Shown here: piece after piece, positions 52,590 through 61,503 of the stretch | How the letters are laid out: each line of letters begins with the position of its first letter | Numbering within the stretch: position 1 is the first letter of the stretch | Source: Verrucomicrobiaceae bacterium | Lineage (GTDB): Bacteria > Verrucomicrobiota > Verrucomicrobiia > Verrucomicrobiales > Akkermansiaceae | Length of the DNA stretch: 64,000 bases | Assembly: GCA_051252135.1 (NCBI GenBank) | Contig: JBPOGH010000016.1 | Span: forward strand, 41,282-105,281 | Direction: 5' to 3' | Translations under genes and position numbers: made by a program | The notes under the pieces: model-generated | Databases searched by the model: none | Told to the model about the DNA's origin: nothing | Seen by the model: only the letters and a program-made list of their open reading frames with translations

Positions 52590-52606
52590 TGCAGCCTCCG
52601 TGCCAA
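52590..52606 (-). promoter_or_regulatory. Sigma-54 (-24/-12) promoter
   Basis: Minus strand TTGGCACGGAGGCTGCA versus consensus TGGCACG-N4-TTGC. Confidence 0.65.
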
Positions 52607-52724
52607 TTCCGTCACTTTGACCCCCCACCCGCCCTTCTTACCCCCTTCCCGACATTTTCTTATCGGAAGACGTGCGATCCTTCGAAAAGGATGATAGTTT
52701 CCCGCCGTAGCAAATCTGACTGAC

Positions 52725-53441
52725 ATGAGTGATTGGACTGACATCGGCGAACAACTGAAAGCCACCCGCGAGGAACGTGGGCTGGAGCTTCCGGACGTCG
52801 TTCACCAGACCCGCATTCCCCTCGGAACCCTGCGCGCCCTGGAGGCAAATGACTACTCCGGCTTCCCCAGCCCGTCCTACGCCAAAAGCTTCCTCGCCCA
52901 ATACTCCGACTTCCTCCAGATCGATGCCGACGACTGGCTCGACTGCTTCGAGACCGGCAACGTCCTCTCCCACGGCGAAAACCTCGACTACCTCGTCCCT
53001 GACGACCCCGCACCCTCGCGCCCCGCTCCACGCCCCCGCGCATCCCATAAACCTTCCCGCTCCCGCGAACCCCGCGAGAGCAATGGCAACCTGACCCAGA
53101 CCCTTCTCATCCTCGTCCTCACCGCCGCCCTCATCGGAGGCGCCATCTGGGGATTCCTCACCATCGAGAAGCGCATCAATACCGAAAATCCCGAGGTCGT
53201 CGATGACCCCGCCACCACGCCGAACCAGGGAGCTCCGGCTTCCACCAACACCCCGGCTCCTTCACCGACCCTCGAGAACACCCCGGTCACCATGCCTCCG
53301 GTAGCCGTCACCCCGCCCTCCATCGGCCCGGGACCCACCCCTCAGGCGGTCATTCCTCCCGTCACCCCTCCCGATGGCGTCCCCGTCATCGTCGACCCAC
53401 CCAAGCCTCCTCCCCGCGCCATCATCGTGGAGGAAGATTAA
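52725..53441 (+). CDS. RodZ-like HTH + TM protein with Pro-rich tail
   Basis: IGEQLKATREERGL...TRIP...YAKSFLAQYSDFL, followed by a TM helix. Confidence 0.8.
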   Translation: MSDWTDIGEQLKATREERGLELPDVVHQTRIPLGTLRALEANDYSGFPSPSYAKSFLAQYSDFLQIDADDWLDCFETGNVLSHGENLDYLVPDDPAPSRPAPRPRASHKPSRSREPRESNGNLTQTLLILVLTAALIGGAIWGFLTIEKRINTENPEVVDDPATTPNQGAPASTNTPAPSPTLENTPVTMPPVAVTPPSIGPGPTPQAVIPPVTPPDGVPVIVDPPKPPPRAIIVEED

Positions 53442-53451
53442 AAGGTCGCTC

Positions 53452-55551
53452 TCACATCTCCCGTAACACCCTCAGGAACGGTTCGAGATACTTCTGCGCC
53501 TTCGCCTCCCCGATCCCCTTCACCAGCAGACCGGCCTCCAGAGTCGTCGGCCGCAGCCGTGCCAAATGCTCCAGCGTCTCGTTGGAAAAGATCACATACG
53601 CCGGCACCCGCTCCGCCTGCGCCAGCCGCGTCCGCACATCCCTCAGCTTCTCGTAGACCCGCGCATCAAATCCCATATCCTCCATCCCCACCCCGCCCGT
53701 CATCCCCTGCCCCTGACCCGGCCACTCCAGCGTAAAGCTCGTCTGCCCCCGCATCACCTGCTCCCCGCGCGGCGTCAGCGTCACCAGCGGATACTCACCC
53801 GCCTGCGTCACCAGCAATCCACCCTGGTGCAAGCTCCGGCACAGCGCATTCAAATAAGCCGTCCCCTCTTCCTTCAGCAACCCATACGTCGGAAGCTCGT
53901 TCAGATGCGCCCGCTGCACTTCCTGTGACTTGCTCCCCACCAGCATCTGAACCACCCGCCCTCTTCCAAAACGCCCCTCCCAACCGCTCGCCCGCTTCTG
54001 CGACATCCGCGCCACCCCGCTCAAAAACTTCCGCACCACCAAATCCTCCTCATCCGTCGGCCCCCGCTGCTCCGTATTCTCCCCGCCCTGACACACATCA
54101 CAGCTCCCGCAAATCGGCGCATCCACCTCCCCGAAGTATTCCAGAATCCACTGCTGCCGGCACGTGTTCGCGTAACAAAGCTGCACCATCTTATCCAGCT
54201 TGTCCCGGTCCCGCCGCTCCTTCTCCTCCAGCGCCCGCTCATCCACCGTCAGGTCCCGCGTCAGCACCTCCGGTCTCAAAAGCCGCGTCCCCTTCGCCCG
54301 CGATCCCGGCACGTCAAATCTCTCCACCCAGCGCCCCCGCAGCAGGTAGCCCAGCGCACTTCCCAGCGCCATCGCATTCTTCGCCCCCGTCGCCTCCTTG
54401 ATCTCATCCAAAGTACGAACCACTTCGTAGTTCTCATCCGCATCGTTCAACAAAAATTCATACAGATCACGAATCATCTGCGCCCCCGGATTCACCCCCG
54501 CGATGAAAAAGTCCTGCGTCCGCGTGTCCGCATAATTAAAAAACAACTCACACACCGACGCCTCCCCGTCACGCCCCGCGCGCCCTGCTTCCTGATAGTA
54601 AGCCTCCACACTCCCCGGAATCTCAAAGTGAATCACGAACCTCACATCCGACCGGTCAATCCCCATCCCGAACGCGTTCGTCGCCACCGCCACATCCGCC
54701 TCCCGGTTGATAAACTGGTTCTGCGTCCGCTCCCGCTCCGAGTCCTTCATCCCCCCGTGATACGCAATGCACTTCACCCCCCAGCTGTGCAGCGTCTCCG
54801 CCACCTCATCCACCTTCTTGCGCGTCGCACAATACACAATCCCCGTCTTCTGCGCCGCAATCACCTTCTTCATCCGCGCATACTTCTGCGCCACCTTCTC
54901 CACCGCCGTGATCGTAAAACTCAAATTCGGCCGCTCAAACCCGCTGATCCGCTCAAAGGGATCCCGCAGCTTCAACACACTCCGGATGTCCTCCCGCACC
55001 ACCGGCGTCGCCGTCGCCGTCAGCGCAATGCACTGCGGACGCCCCAGCGCCTCCAGCGCCGCTCCCAACCTCATGTAATCCGGCCGAAAATCATGCCCCC
55101 ACTGACTCAGGCAGTGCGCCTCATCCACCGCCACCATCGTCACCGTCACCTCCTTCATCGCATTCATAAAGGACGCCGCCTTGAAGCGCTCCGGCGCAAT
55201 ATAAACCAAGCGATAATCCCCCCGCTTCATCCCGTCCAGCCGCTCCTTCTGCTCATCCCAACTCAGCGTCGAGTTGATCAGCGTCACCGGCGCCCCCTTC
55301 CTCTCCAGCGCATCCACCTGATCCTTCATCAGCGCAATCAGTGGACTCACAATCAACGTCACCCCCTCACGGCACAAGCCCGGCAGCTGATAGCACAGCG
55401 ACTTACCGCCACCCGTCGGCATCACCACCGAACCATCACGACCCGATAGAATCTCCTCCATCACCTCTTCCTGACCATCGAGGAAATCCTCAAAGCCAAA
55501 AACCTCCCGCAGCACCTCGCGCGCCTTTTCCAATGTCGCCATCACCTGCAT
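53452..55551 (-). CDS. recQ: RecQ-family helicase with RQC and HRDC domains
   Basis: MPTGGGKSLCYQ, DEAHCLSQWGHDFRP, YQEAGRAGRDG, CRQQ...CGSCDVC, PAYVIF. Confidence 0.93.
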   Translation of the reverse strand: MQVMATLEKAREVLREVFGFEDFLDGQEEVMEEILSGRDGSVVMPTGGGKSLCYQLPGLCREGVTLIVSPLIALMKDQVDALERKGAPVTLINSTLSWDEQKERLDGMKRGDYRLVYIAPERFKAASFMNAMKEVTVTMVAVDEAHCLSQWGHDFRPDYMRLGAALEALGRPQCIALTATATPVVREDIRSVLKLRDPFERISGFERPNLSFTITAVEKVAQKYARMKKVIAAQKTGIVYCATRKKVDEVAETLHSWGVKCIAYHGGMKDSERERTQNQFINREADVAVATNAFGMGIDRSDVRFVIHFEIPGSVEAYYQEAGRAGRDGEASVCELFFNYADTRTQDFFIAGVNPGAQMIRDLYEFLLNDADENYEVVRTLDEIKEATGAKNAMALGSALGYLLRGRWVERFDVPGSRAKGTRLLRPEVLTRDLTVDERALEEKERRDRDKLDKMVQLCYANTCRQQWILEYFGEVDAPICGSCDVCQGGENTEQRGPTDEEDLVVRKFLSGVARMSQKRASGWEGRFGRGRVVQMLVGSKSQEVQRAHLNELPTYGLLKEEGTAYLNALCRSLHQGGLLVTQAGEYPLVTLTPRGEQVMRGQTSFTLEWPGQGQGMTGGVGMEDMGFDARVYEKLRDVRTRLAQAERVPAYVIFSNETLEHLARLRPTTLEAGLLVKGIGEAKAQKYLEPFLRVLREM

Positions 55552-55626
55552 TCAAATGAACAGTTCTTTCACATGCAAGAAAATCCGTCGCTTGAGCACC
55601 CCTCTTTTCGATATAACCTCACCCCA

Positions 55627-56139
55627 GTGAATCCCCTCGACCACCTCGGCCAACTCCTCGATCAGGACGATTGCCAAAAACTCACCCTCGGCATCGCCGA
55701 AGCAAACGACCAATTCGACGTCGTCACCCTCTTCTCCCCCAACGACGACCCCCTCGACGCCTTCCCCCTCCCGCTCGATCTCCAGTCCGCCCTCACTCAA
55801 GTCGCCGAAGACCACTCCCTCCCCCCCACCTGGCTCCACGCCTCCACCTCCATGATCCTCGAGCCCCAACAACTCCCCTCCGATTTCTTCGATGACCAGA
55901 AAACCCAACACTTCGGCTCCTCCCTCGAAGTCCGCTTCCTCGGCCGCAGCGCCCGCAAATACCTCCACCTCTTCCACGCCGTCCACCGCGCCGATGACGC
56001 CCACCTCACCCTCCTCCAGTCCCTCAACCTCGCCCCCCTCGAACTCCTCAAAGCCACCCAGTGGATCCGCACCGAGAACCTCCTCGCCCACACCCACGGC
56101 GACCGACTCACCTTCGTCCTTGAAACCCTCTCTCCCTGA
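55627..56139 (+). CDS. Hypothetical protein resembling a degenerate DUF6036-type nucleotidyltransferase
   Basis: Host codon usage; VAEDHSLPPTWL...LPSDF...LEVRFLGR pattern; GG and DxD motifs absent. Confidence 0.55.
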   Translation: MNPLDHLGQLLDQDDCQKLTLGIAEANDQFDVVTLFSPNDDPLDAFPLPLDLQSALTQVAEDHSLPPTWLHASTSMILEPQQLPSDFFDDQKTQHFGSSLEVRFLGRSARKYLHLFHAVHRADDAHLTLLQSLNLAPLELLKATQWIRTENLLAHTHGDRLTFVLETLSP

Positions 56140-56202
56140 ACACCCTTCCCTCGTTCAAATATTCTAGAATTCCAGCATCTAGCATCTAGCATTTCAAATA
56201 CC

Positions 56203-56868
56203 ATGAACCTCTCACCCCACCGCCGCGCCTTCCTCCGCCAAGCCACCATCGGATCCGCCGCCCTCTTCACCAATCCCGGAGCCTTCGCCGAACTCCTCAC
56301 CGCCACCCCCTCCATGACCGAGGGCCCCTTCTACCCCGACAAACTCCCCCTCGATACCGATAACGACCTCCTCCGCATCAACGACTCCCTCACCCCCGCC
56401 GTCGGTGCCATCACCCACCTCCACGGAAAGGTCACCGACCTCAAGGGCAACCCCATCCCCCACGCCCGTGTCGAAATCTGGCAGGTCGATAACAAGGGCG
56501 CCTACATCCACAGCAAGGACGGAGGCCTCACCGGCCCCAAGCGCGACGACCCCTTCCAGGGCTTCGGCCGCTTCCTCACCGCCCGCGATGGCCGCTATCA
56601 CTTCCGCACCATCCAGCCCGTCCCCTACGGCCCCCGCACCCCGCACATCCACGTCGCCGTTTACCGGAATGACCAACGCGCCCTCACCACCCAGTGCTTC
56701 GTCGCCGGCCACGCCGGAAATGCCAAGGACGGCCTCCTCAAACAACTCGGCGAGCCCGCCCGACACCTCATGGTCGCCTTCAAACCCATCCCCGGATCCA
56801 AAACCGGTGAACTCTCCGCCGAATTCAACATCATCCTCGGACTCACCCCCGATGACGGACACCAGTAA
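56203..56868 (+). CDS. Intradiol ring-cleavage dioxygenase-like protein with TAT signal
   Basis: RRAFL, TEGPFY, EIWQ..GAY, YGPRTPHIH. Confidence 0.88.
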   Translation: MNLSPHRRAFLRQATIGSAALFTNPGAFAELLTATPSMTEGPFYPDKLPLDTDNDLLRINDSLTPAVGAITHLHGKVTDLKGNPIPHARVEIWQVDNKGAYIHSKDGGLTGPKRDDPFQGFGRFLTARDGRYHFRTIQPVPYGPRTPHIHVAVYRNDQRALTTQCFVAGHAGNAKDGLLKQLGEPARHLMVAFKPIPGSKTGELSAEFNIILGLTPDDGHQ

Positions 56869-56903
56869 ACAAATCCCGCCCCTCACGCCGCTCCCCCCTC
56901 TGC

Positions 56904-57545
56904 ATGCCTGAGACTCCCGGGGAACCAAACAATCAACCGTCCTTCAACCGACGGACCTTCCTCGTCCGCGCCACCGCCCTCTCCGCCCTCGGCACCGCCT
57001 GGGCCTACCGGGCCGATCTCTCCCGCCACGGCGCCTCCCTCGTCCGCCACCTCCCCGCATCCGCACCCTCCCATCCCCCCGCCTCCCAAGCTCCCAAGCC
57101 CAAACCCATCCCCCTCCCCGGCGAAAAAAACTACGCCGCATTCCTCGCCTCCCTCAACCTCCGCTTCATCGCCCCACACGAGATCATCGCCGCCCACCGC
57201 CGCCAGCGAAATGGCATCTCCAACCAACTCCCCCCTCGCGAACTCTGGCACCGCATCGTCCCCGCCCTCCACATCGCCGACCAACTCCGCCACCGGCTCG
57301 GCCACCGGCTCAGCCACATCACCTCCGCCTACCGCCACCCCCACTACAACGCCCAGTGCCCCGGTGCCGCCTCCCGCTCACAACACACCCAAAACCGCGC
57401 CCTCGACCTCGTCTACGACTGCGACCCCCAGGTCGCCATGACCGAAGCCCTCGCCATGCGCCGGGAAGGCCGCTTCAAAGGTGGACTTGGCCTCTACTCC
57501 TCCTTCATCCACCTCGACACCCGCGGCCGCAACGCCACCTGGTAG
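56904..57545 (+). CDS. Peptidase M15A / YcbK-like metallopeptidase with TAT-like signal
   Basis: RRTFL, TSAYR, SQHTQNRALD, GLGLYSSFIHLDTRG. Confidence 0.85.
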   Translation: MPETPGEPNNQPSFNRRTFLVRATALSALGTAWAYRADLSRHGASLVRHLPASAPSHPPASQAPKPKPIPLPGEKNYAAFLASLNLRFIAPHEIIAAHRRQRNGISNQLPPRELWHRIVPALHIADQLRHRLGHRLSHITSAYRHPHYNAQCPGAASRSQHTQNRALDLVYDCDPQVAMTEALAMRREGRFKGGLGLYSSFIHLDTRGRNATW

Positions 57546-57674
57546 CCCCCCAAAGCAGACACCCCACTCCGAAACATCCGCCTGCTTCCACCTCCCCCCC
57601 CAACACCAACGGTGTTGTGTCCTCCGGCCCAAGATGAACGCAGCCCAACCGGAAGCTCAACCCTTGGAACACCC

Positions 57675-58124
57675 TCAGCCCAGACACCAGCTCAGGAACC
57701 CCTCGGGACCAACCAACACCCCCATAAAAGAAAAATAACACGCCACCGCAAAGATCGTAACACCCGGAACATGTCGCCGTAGCCGCTCGATCCCCAGGCA
57801 GGCCATCAACAATATCGGCCACACAAACGTGCACCCAAATAACAGACCACTAAAATAAAGCCCTGAAAGTTCGGCATGAAAAATCAACCCACCCGAAAAC
57901 CCCTCGGTCCCAATCGATTCCGGCCAATCGCCAAGACTCACATACATGTGCACCGCAAGAGAGTAGAACAACCCGAGCTGGAGAAGCCCCGGAAGCGAAG
58001 CCAGAACCAACGTCCGCCTTCCCGGAAGCCCGCTACGAACCCGCAGGGAACAGTATATCGCAAACAGCACCAACACACCGGCCACCATCATATAAATCGC
58101 GGGAGCTGACAGAGGAATGGTCAT
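57675..58124 (-). CDS. Hypothetical membrane protein
   Basis: Four hydrophobic segments. Confidence 0.65.
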   Translation of the reverse strand: MTIPLSAPAIYMMVAGVLVLFAIYCSLRVRSGLPGRRTLVLASLPGLLQLGLFYSLAVHMYVSLGDWPESIGTEGFSGGLIFHAELSGLYFSGLLFGCTFVWPILLMACLGIERLRRHVPGVTIFAVACYFSFMGVLVGPEGFLSWCLG

Positions 58125-58217
58125 CGCTTCCTGGCGGCCCCCTTCAACTCCCCACCTCGCTCCGGCAAACCCAAGACCCCTTCCGCAGTTGGGCATGACA
58201 TCTTCCCCGCAAACATC

Positions 58218-59129
58218 TCAATTCGCGCGCTCGGCGGATGCTTCCTTTTCCCTCTTCCCCTTCCCTCGGGTGATCCCCTCCCCGATGAACGTGCGAAACT
58301 TTTCCGGACTCCCATCCTCCTCTCCAAGCAGGAGATAGAAAATCATCCCGCAATCGGAAATATCCGCCACCCCGCCGGAGTGCGCCTTCACCCTGGAATA
58401 CATCCAGCGGATATCGGGGCTCTCATGGTCCCGCATCCAATACCACACCGAAAAATCCGAACCACTGTTCCACAACTCATGCGGGCTGTTCTTGGCATTC
58501 TGATCCTTGATCTTCCGGTAATTGATACGCCCCCCTGCCAAATCCTTGATAGCGCTCCAATCCCGGTGCCTCTCCCGGCGCTTTTCGTCCTCGTTGAAAC
58601 GACTGTGCGAAAGAAGATACACATGCGCGAGCGACTCAATCCCTCCCCGTTCGATCACCTCCTCCACCGCAAGAAAGACAAACTCGGACAACCCTGCGTG
58701 GATAAAATACAACGGATCATCCTTTGTCGATTTCGCCATCTCCCCGGCCAGGCTTCCAATCGCCGCCTCCCGCTGACGCGTCACATCGAAGAACACCTCC
58801 TTGCGGAAATCCCATCGCTCAATCGCCCCGTCTGCGCTGATCTTCAATTCATTCTCCGCATCCGGCCCGGGTGGCGCATCGATGAAATTATTATACGAAC
58901 AATGCACCAGCTTCTCCTGCAATCCCAGTTTCGCAATGATTGCACAAGAGGCCGCCAGAGCACCCCAGTCATCAGGATCCCCCGTCGGCCATTTGTACTG
59001 CTTGTCTGGCGCACTGTTCCCATCAAAACTAATGCCAATCCGGTGGTCCTTGTATCCCCAGGCCCCCTCATCACCCAAGGCCATCAAGGGAGATAACACC
59101 ACACAGCCAATCAGGAAAAACGCTTTCAT
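58218..59129 (-). CDS. Secreted hypothetical protein, possibly nucleoside-hydrolase-like fold
   Basis: Signal peptide; DGN...DPDDW and DISD motifs. Confidence 0.7.
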   Translation of the reverse strand: MKAFFLIGCVVLSPLMALGDEGAWGYKDHRIGISFDGNSAPDKQYKWPTGDPDDWGALAASCAIIAKLGLQEKLVHCSYNNFIDAPPGPDAENELKISADGAIERWDFRKEVFFDVTRQREAAIGSLAGEMAKSTKDDPLYFIHAGLSEFVFLAVEEVIERGGIESLAHVYLLSHSRFNEDEKRRERHRDWSAIKDLAGGRINYRKIKDQNAKNSPHELWNSGSDFSVWYWMRDHESPDIRWMYSRVKAHSGGVADISDCGMIFYLLLGEEDGSPEKFRTFIGEGITRGKGKREKEASAERAN

Positions 59130-59468
59130 AGCGTGACCGTAAAAGCTGGCACGCGACTGGGCGAACATAAAACCCTGAACTCAAAAACAAACTCCCCGAG
59201 CAAACATCGTCACTCACTCACCACTCGTGACACCCCCTCTCATCACCCCCCGGTGGCGCTTCTCCAGTGAATTTCTCGTTGCGGCAAGCCATGACGAAGG
59301 AGCCGGCAAACACCGGTGACCGCCGGGCCGAACAGAGCGGGACCGCCTGCCAAAGGGAGAAAATCGCGGAACAACAACTCCAATCGGCGAAGCCGCACCT
59401 GATCCAAAAGAAAGCCCCCCCCTTTGAAAAACAGCACTGTCCCCCGTTTACAAGAGGGCCTCTACACC

Positions 59469-59575
59469 AACCGCCTCTCATCCCGGACTCCAGCTCATCG
59501 AAAGGAACTGAAAACCCATCGATCAAAAGATCAAGAAACCCGTCGATGGCCCATTGACAACCTGGCAGCCATCGC
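59469..59575 (+). mobile_element. Right-end remnant of an IS1111-type element
   Basis: First 30 bp identical to 63704-63733; ends CCCATTGAC...CTGGCAGCCATCGC like the IS end at 63812; no transposase or left end seen. Confidence 0.75.
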
Positions 59576-59696
59576 AACGTCGAAGTCCTCTCACACCTGC
59601 CCGGGGGAGAGGCTTCGACCGCGGGTTAATGGTGGAATCGTCATGGCGGATTGAACCCGCAGCGGGTCAGGCGTTAGGATCGCCGACTTGTTCGGC
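59576..59696 (-). other. attC-like site 1 (R' box interrupted by the IS end)
   Basis: Minus strand GCCGAAC...GACGTT with an imperfect internal palindrome; 17 bp after the cassette stop codon. Confidence 0.75.
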
Positions 59697-59713
59697 ACCA
59701 TGGATCCCACATT

Positions 59714-60043
59714 TTAACCGAGCATGACCGCAGTCCCGAACGAGGTCGCAATGCAAATCGCATCCTGAAATTCGATGTCAACCCGCAAGGCGATCACTGC
59801 ATCCGCTCCAATCGATCGGGCTTCCTGAACGAGGTGATCAACTGCTGCCATCTGAGTCTCCGAGACAAGAGTCGTATAGGATTCAATCTCCCCTCTCCCT
59901 GTTGCCAATCGGAATGCACCTTTGACACCATGATTTCTCGCTGAAAAGCCAGATACGGGACCGAGATATTTCTCAACAGTCTTTCCCTCGATACGATCAG
60001 TGGTCGTTAGAATGAAGTGTTCAGGTAAGGGAGGTGGTTTCAT
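59714..60043 (-). CDS. YbjQ/UPF0145 family protein (cassette gene)
   Basis: TTTDRIEG...YLGPV, GEIESYT, GADAVIALR, GTAV. Confidence 0.85.
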   Translation of the reverse strand: MKPPPLPEHFILTTTDRIEGKTVEKYLGPVSGFSARNHGVKGAFRLATGRGEIESYTTLVSETQMAAVDHLVQEARSIGADAVIALRVDIEFQDAICIATSFGTAVMLG

Positions 60044-60099
60044 TTCTGACTAAGTAACGGATCGGGAGCCCGCAATTGCGGTGGTGCGTAAAATCTTGA

Positions 60100-60224
60100 G
60101 CAGAACGTTTGAGACCAGCCGCCCGCTACTGGGAGCGCCCCTCCGATTCTGGTTCAGGTTCTGTATTACCCTCTGGCTTCGACTCTGGAGCGGTAGCGGG
60201 TTGATCAGCGCTGCCTTGTTCGCC
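60100..60224 (-). other. attC-like site 2, overlapping the 3' end of the cassette ORF
   Basis: GGCGAAC...CCCGCTAC...GTAGCGGG...GTTCTGC. Confidence 0.8.
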
Positions 60225-60695
60225 TTGCTGCTTTAGAGGCTTGAGCTTCCAAGCTGACAATTTGAACTTCTCAGTTCTCACCTCGATATTCTTCGGATCT
60301 TCGTCATCATCACTCAGGGTGATCACCTTGTTATCCTCTACGGCATCGACGATCTCAGTCTGCAATCCTCCCAGATCCCCTTCGTCGCCCCACCACTTCG
60401 TCCATTCAAATTTGTATTCTTTGCCCTCAATCCACCAAACGCCTGTAGCATAGTTCTTAAATGTCCGTAAGAAGCGATCTGGATCCGGTTCAACGAAAGC
60501 TATTTCAAACGTTCTATCTGCCTTTCGGTCTATCTCCCACTTATAGACAGAACGTGATCCACTCCACTTCCCTAGGAACTTTTTCTCGGTGATGCTCAGT
60601 TCTCTTTTGGGTGGCATCGCCTTCTTCTCTGAATCCTCAGCGCTTGCAAGAGAAGCTACGCAAAAAGATGTGAAAATTACTAAAAGCGTTTTCAT
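60126..60695 (-). CDS. Secreted hypothetical protein (cassette gene)
   Basis: Signal peptide; tail EQGSADQPATAPESK... is encoded by the attC sequence. Confidence 0.75.
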   Translation of the reverse strand: MKTLLVIFTSFCVASLASAEDSEKKAMPPKRELSITEKKFLGKWSGSRSVYKWEIDRKADRTFEIAFVEPDPDRFLRTFKNYATGVWWIEGKEYKFEWTKWWGDEGDLGGLQTEIVDAVEDNKVITLSDDDEDPKNIEVRTEKFKLSAWKLKPLKQQGEQGSADQPATAPESKPEGNTEPEPESEGRSQ

Positions 60696-60710
60696 GTTTT
60701 TGAATATTCA

Positions 60711-60769
60711 GGCCAACGTCAAAAGACACGGAGCACCGCAGGCGATTCCCGTGCTCTGTCTTGTTCTCG
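60711..60769 (-). other. attC-like site 3 (59 bp)
   Basis: CGAGAAC-AAGACAGAGCAC...GTGCTCCGTGTCTTTTGAC-GTTGGCC. Confidence 0.85.
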
Positions 60770-60771
60770 GT

Positions 60772-61038
60772 TTATTGTTTCGGCACGAGCTCGCCCTCTA
60801 CGTACTGATGAATCAGAGCAGCGATCAGTGCCTGGTATGGGAGGCCCTGCTTGGAGGCCTTCCGCTGAATACCCAGAAGATCATGACTGCTTAGCCGGAT
60901 GTTGATCCGCTTATCCTTCTTGAATGAGTTTTCGGCAGCACTCTCGAGATCGTGCAGAAGAGCCTGGCTGGGATCTTTGAGCTCGACTTCACCGCCTTCC
61001 AAGGCCTTCAGGAGCTTTCGTTCGTCGTTCTTGTTCAT
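60772..61038 (-). CDS. BrnA/CopG-like antitoxin (cassette gene)
   Basis: KDKRINIRLS...GLPYQALI. Confidence 0.88.
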   Translation of the reverse strand: MNKNDERKLLKALEGGEVELKDPSQALLHDLESAAENSFKKDKRINIRLSSHDLLGIQRKASKQGLPYQALIAALIHQYVEGELVPKQ

Positions 61039-61319
61039 TCGTTTGCCTCCAATTCCTGTTTGTATATTTTGGTGAGCTTCCGACTCGGAAATGCGGTCTT
61101 AAGGAAGATCGTGTCCCCGTCCCGAACAAAAGGCACCGCATGAATGTAGCCGTCAATCGGAACAAGGAACACAGCTTGATTCGGATACTTCGCTTGATTC
61201 CAGTGGTCGGTGACTTTCCAGAGAATCCCCGCGCCTAGAAGTAGCGCAATCTCCTCAAAAGAGACGCCCCGTTCCTCTTTGATTTCACGGTTCTTCTCAG
61301 GATCCCAGTCGAACCTCAC
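61035..61319 (-). CDS. brnT: BrnT-family toxin (cassette gene)
   Basis: FDWDPEKN...RGVSFEE...FLKTAFPSRK; ATGA overlap with the antitoxin. Confidence 0.88.
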   Translation of the reverse strand: MRFDWDPEKNREIKEERGVSFEEIALLLGAGILWKVTDHWNQAKYPNQAVFLVPIDGYIHAVPFVRDGDTIFLKTAFPSRKLTKIYKQELEANE

Positions 61320-61326
61320 ATAAAGC

Positions 61327-61355
61327 AGAATGCCTGCCCATTAGGCACACGTCAA
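61327..61355 (-). promoter_or_regulatory. Sigma-70-like promoter of the TA cassette with a palindromic operator
   Basis: TTGACG-N17-CATTCT; spacer contains TGCC-TAATG-GGCA. Confidence 0.6.
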
Positions 61356-61368
61356 CCCGATTTTTTCC

Positions 61369-61497
61369 CGAGAACGTATGAGCGCAGGCAACCCTACCAG
61401 CGAAGGCGAGCGTCGGACGCGGGGTTGAGGTTGGAGCTACGGGAAATCATCGAAACTGGGCGGCTGGTAGGGGTTGCTCTGGCGCGGCTTGTTAGTC
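61369..61497 (-). other. attC-like site 4
   Basis: GACTAAC...GCAACCCCTACCAGC...GCTGGTAGGGTTGC...GTTCTCG. Confidence 0.85.
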
Positions 61498-61503
61498 TTC
61501 TTG

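Noticed and set aside
57284..57318. 12-bp tandem GCCACCGGCTC(G/A) in the M15 peptidase gene
   Set aside because: Short in-frame duplication (HRLGHRLSH); likely local slippage with no wider pattern.
1400..57600. Many long alternative-frame and antisense ORFs rich in Pro/Ser/Thr or Gly/Glu/Val (e.g. 50620-52545, 23602-25530, 2102-3220)
   Set aside because: Shadow ORFs expected from the extreme third-position C/G bias; no recognisable motifs and each overlaps a well-supported gene.
59145..59165. TGGCACG as a second sigma-54 promoter
   Set aside because: No GC at the required spacing (GG-N10-GG).
59170..59468. Non-coding stretch left of the IS remnant as an IS left end or ncRNA
   Set aside because: No ATGGCTGCC inverted repeat or convincing structure found by eye; left unassigned.
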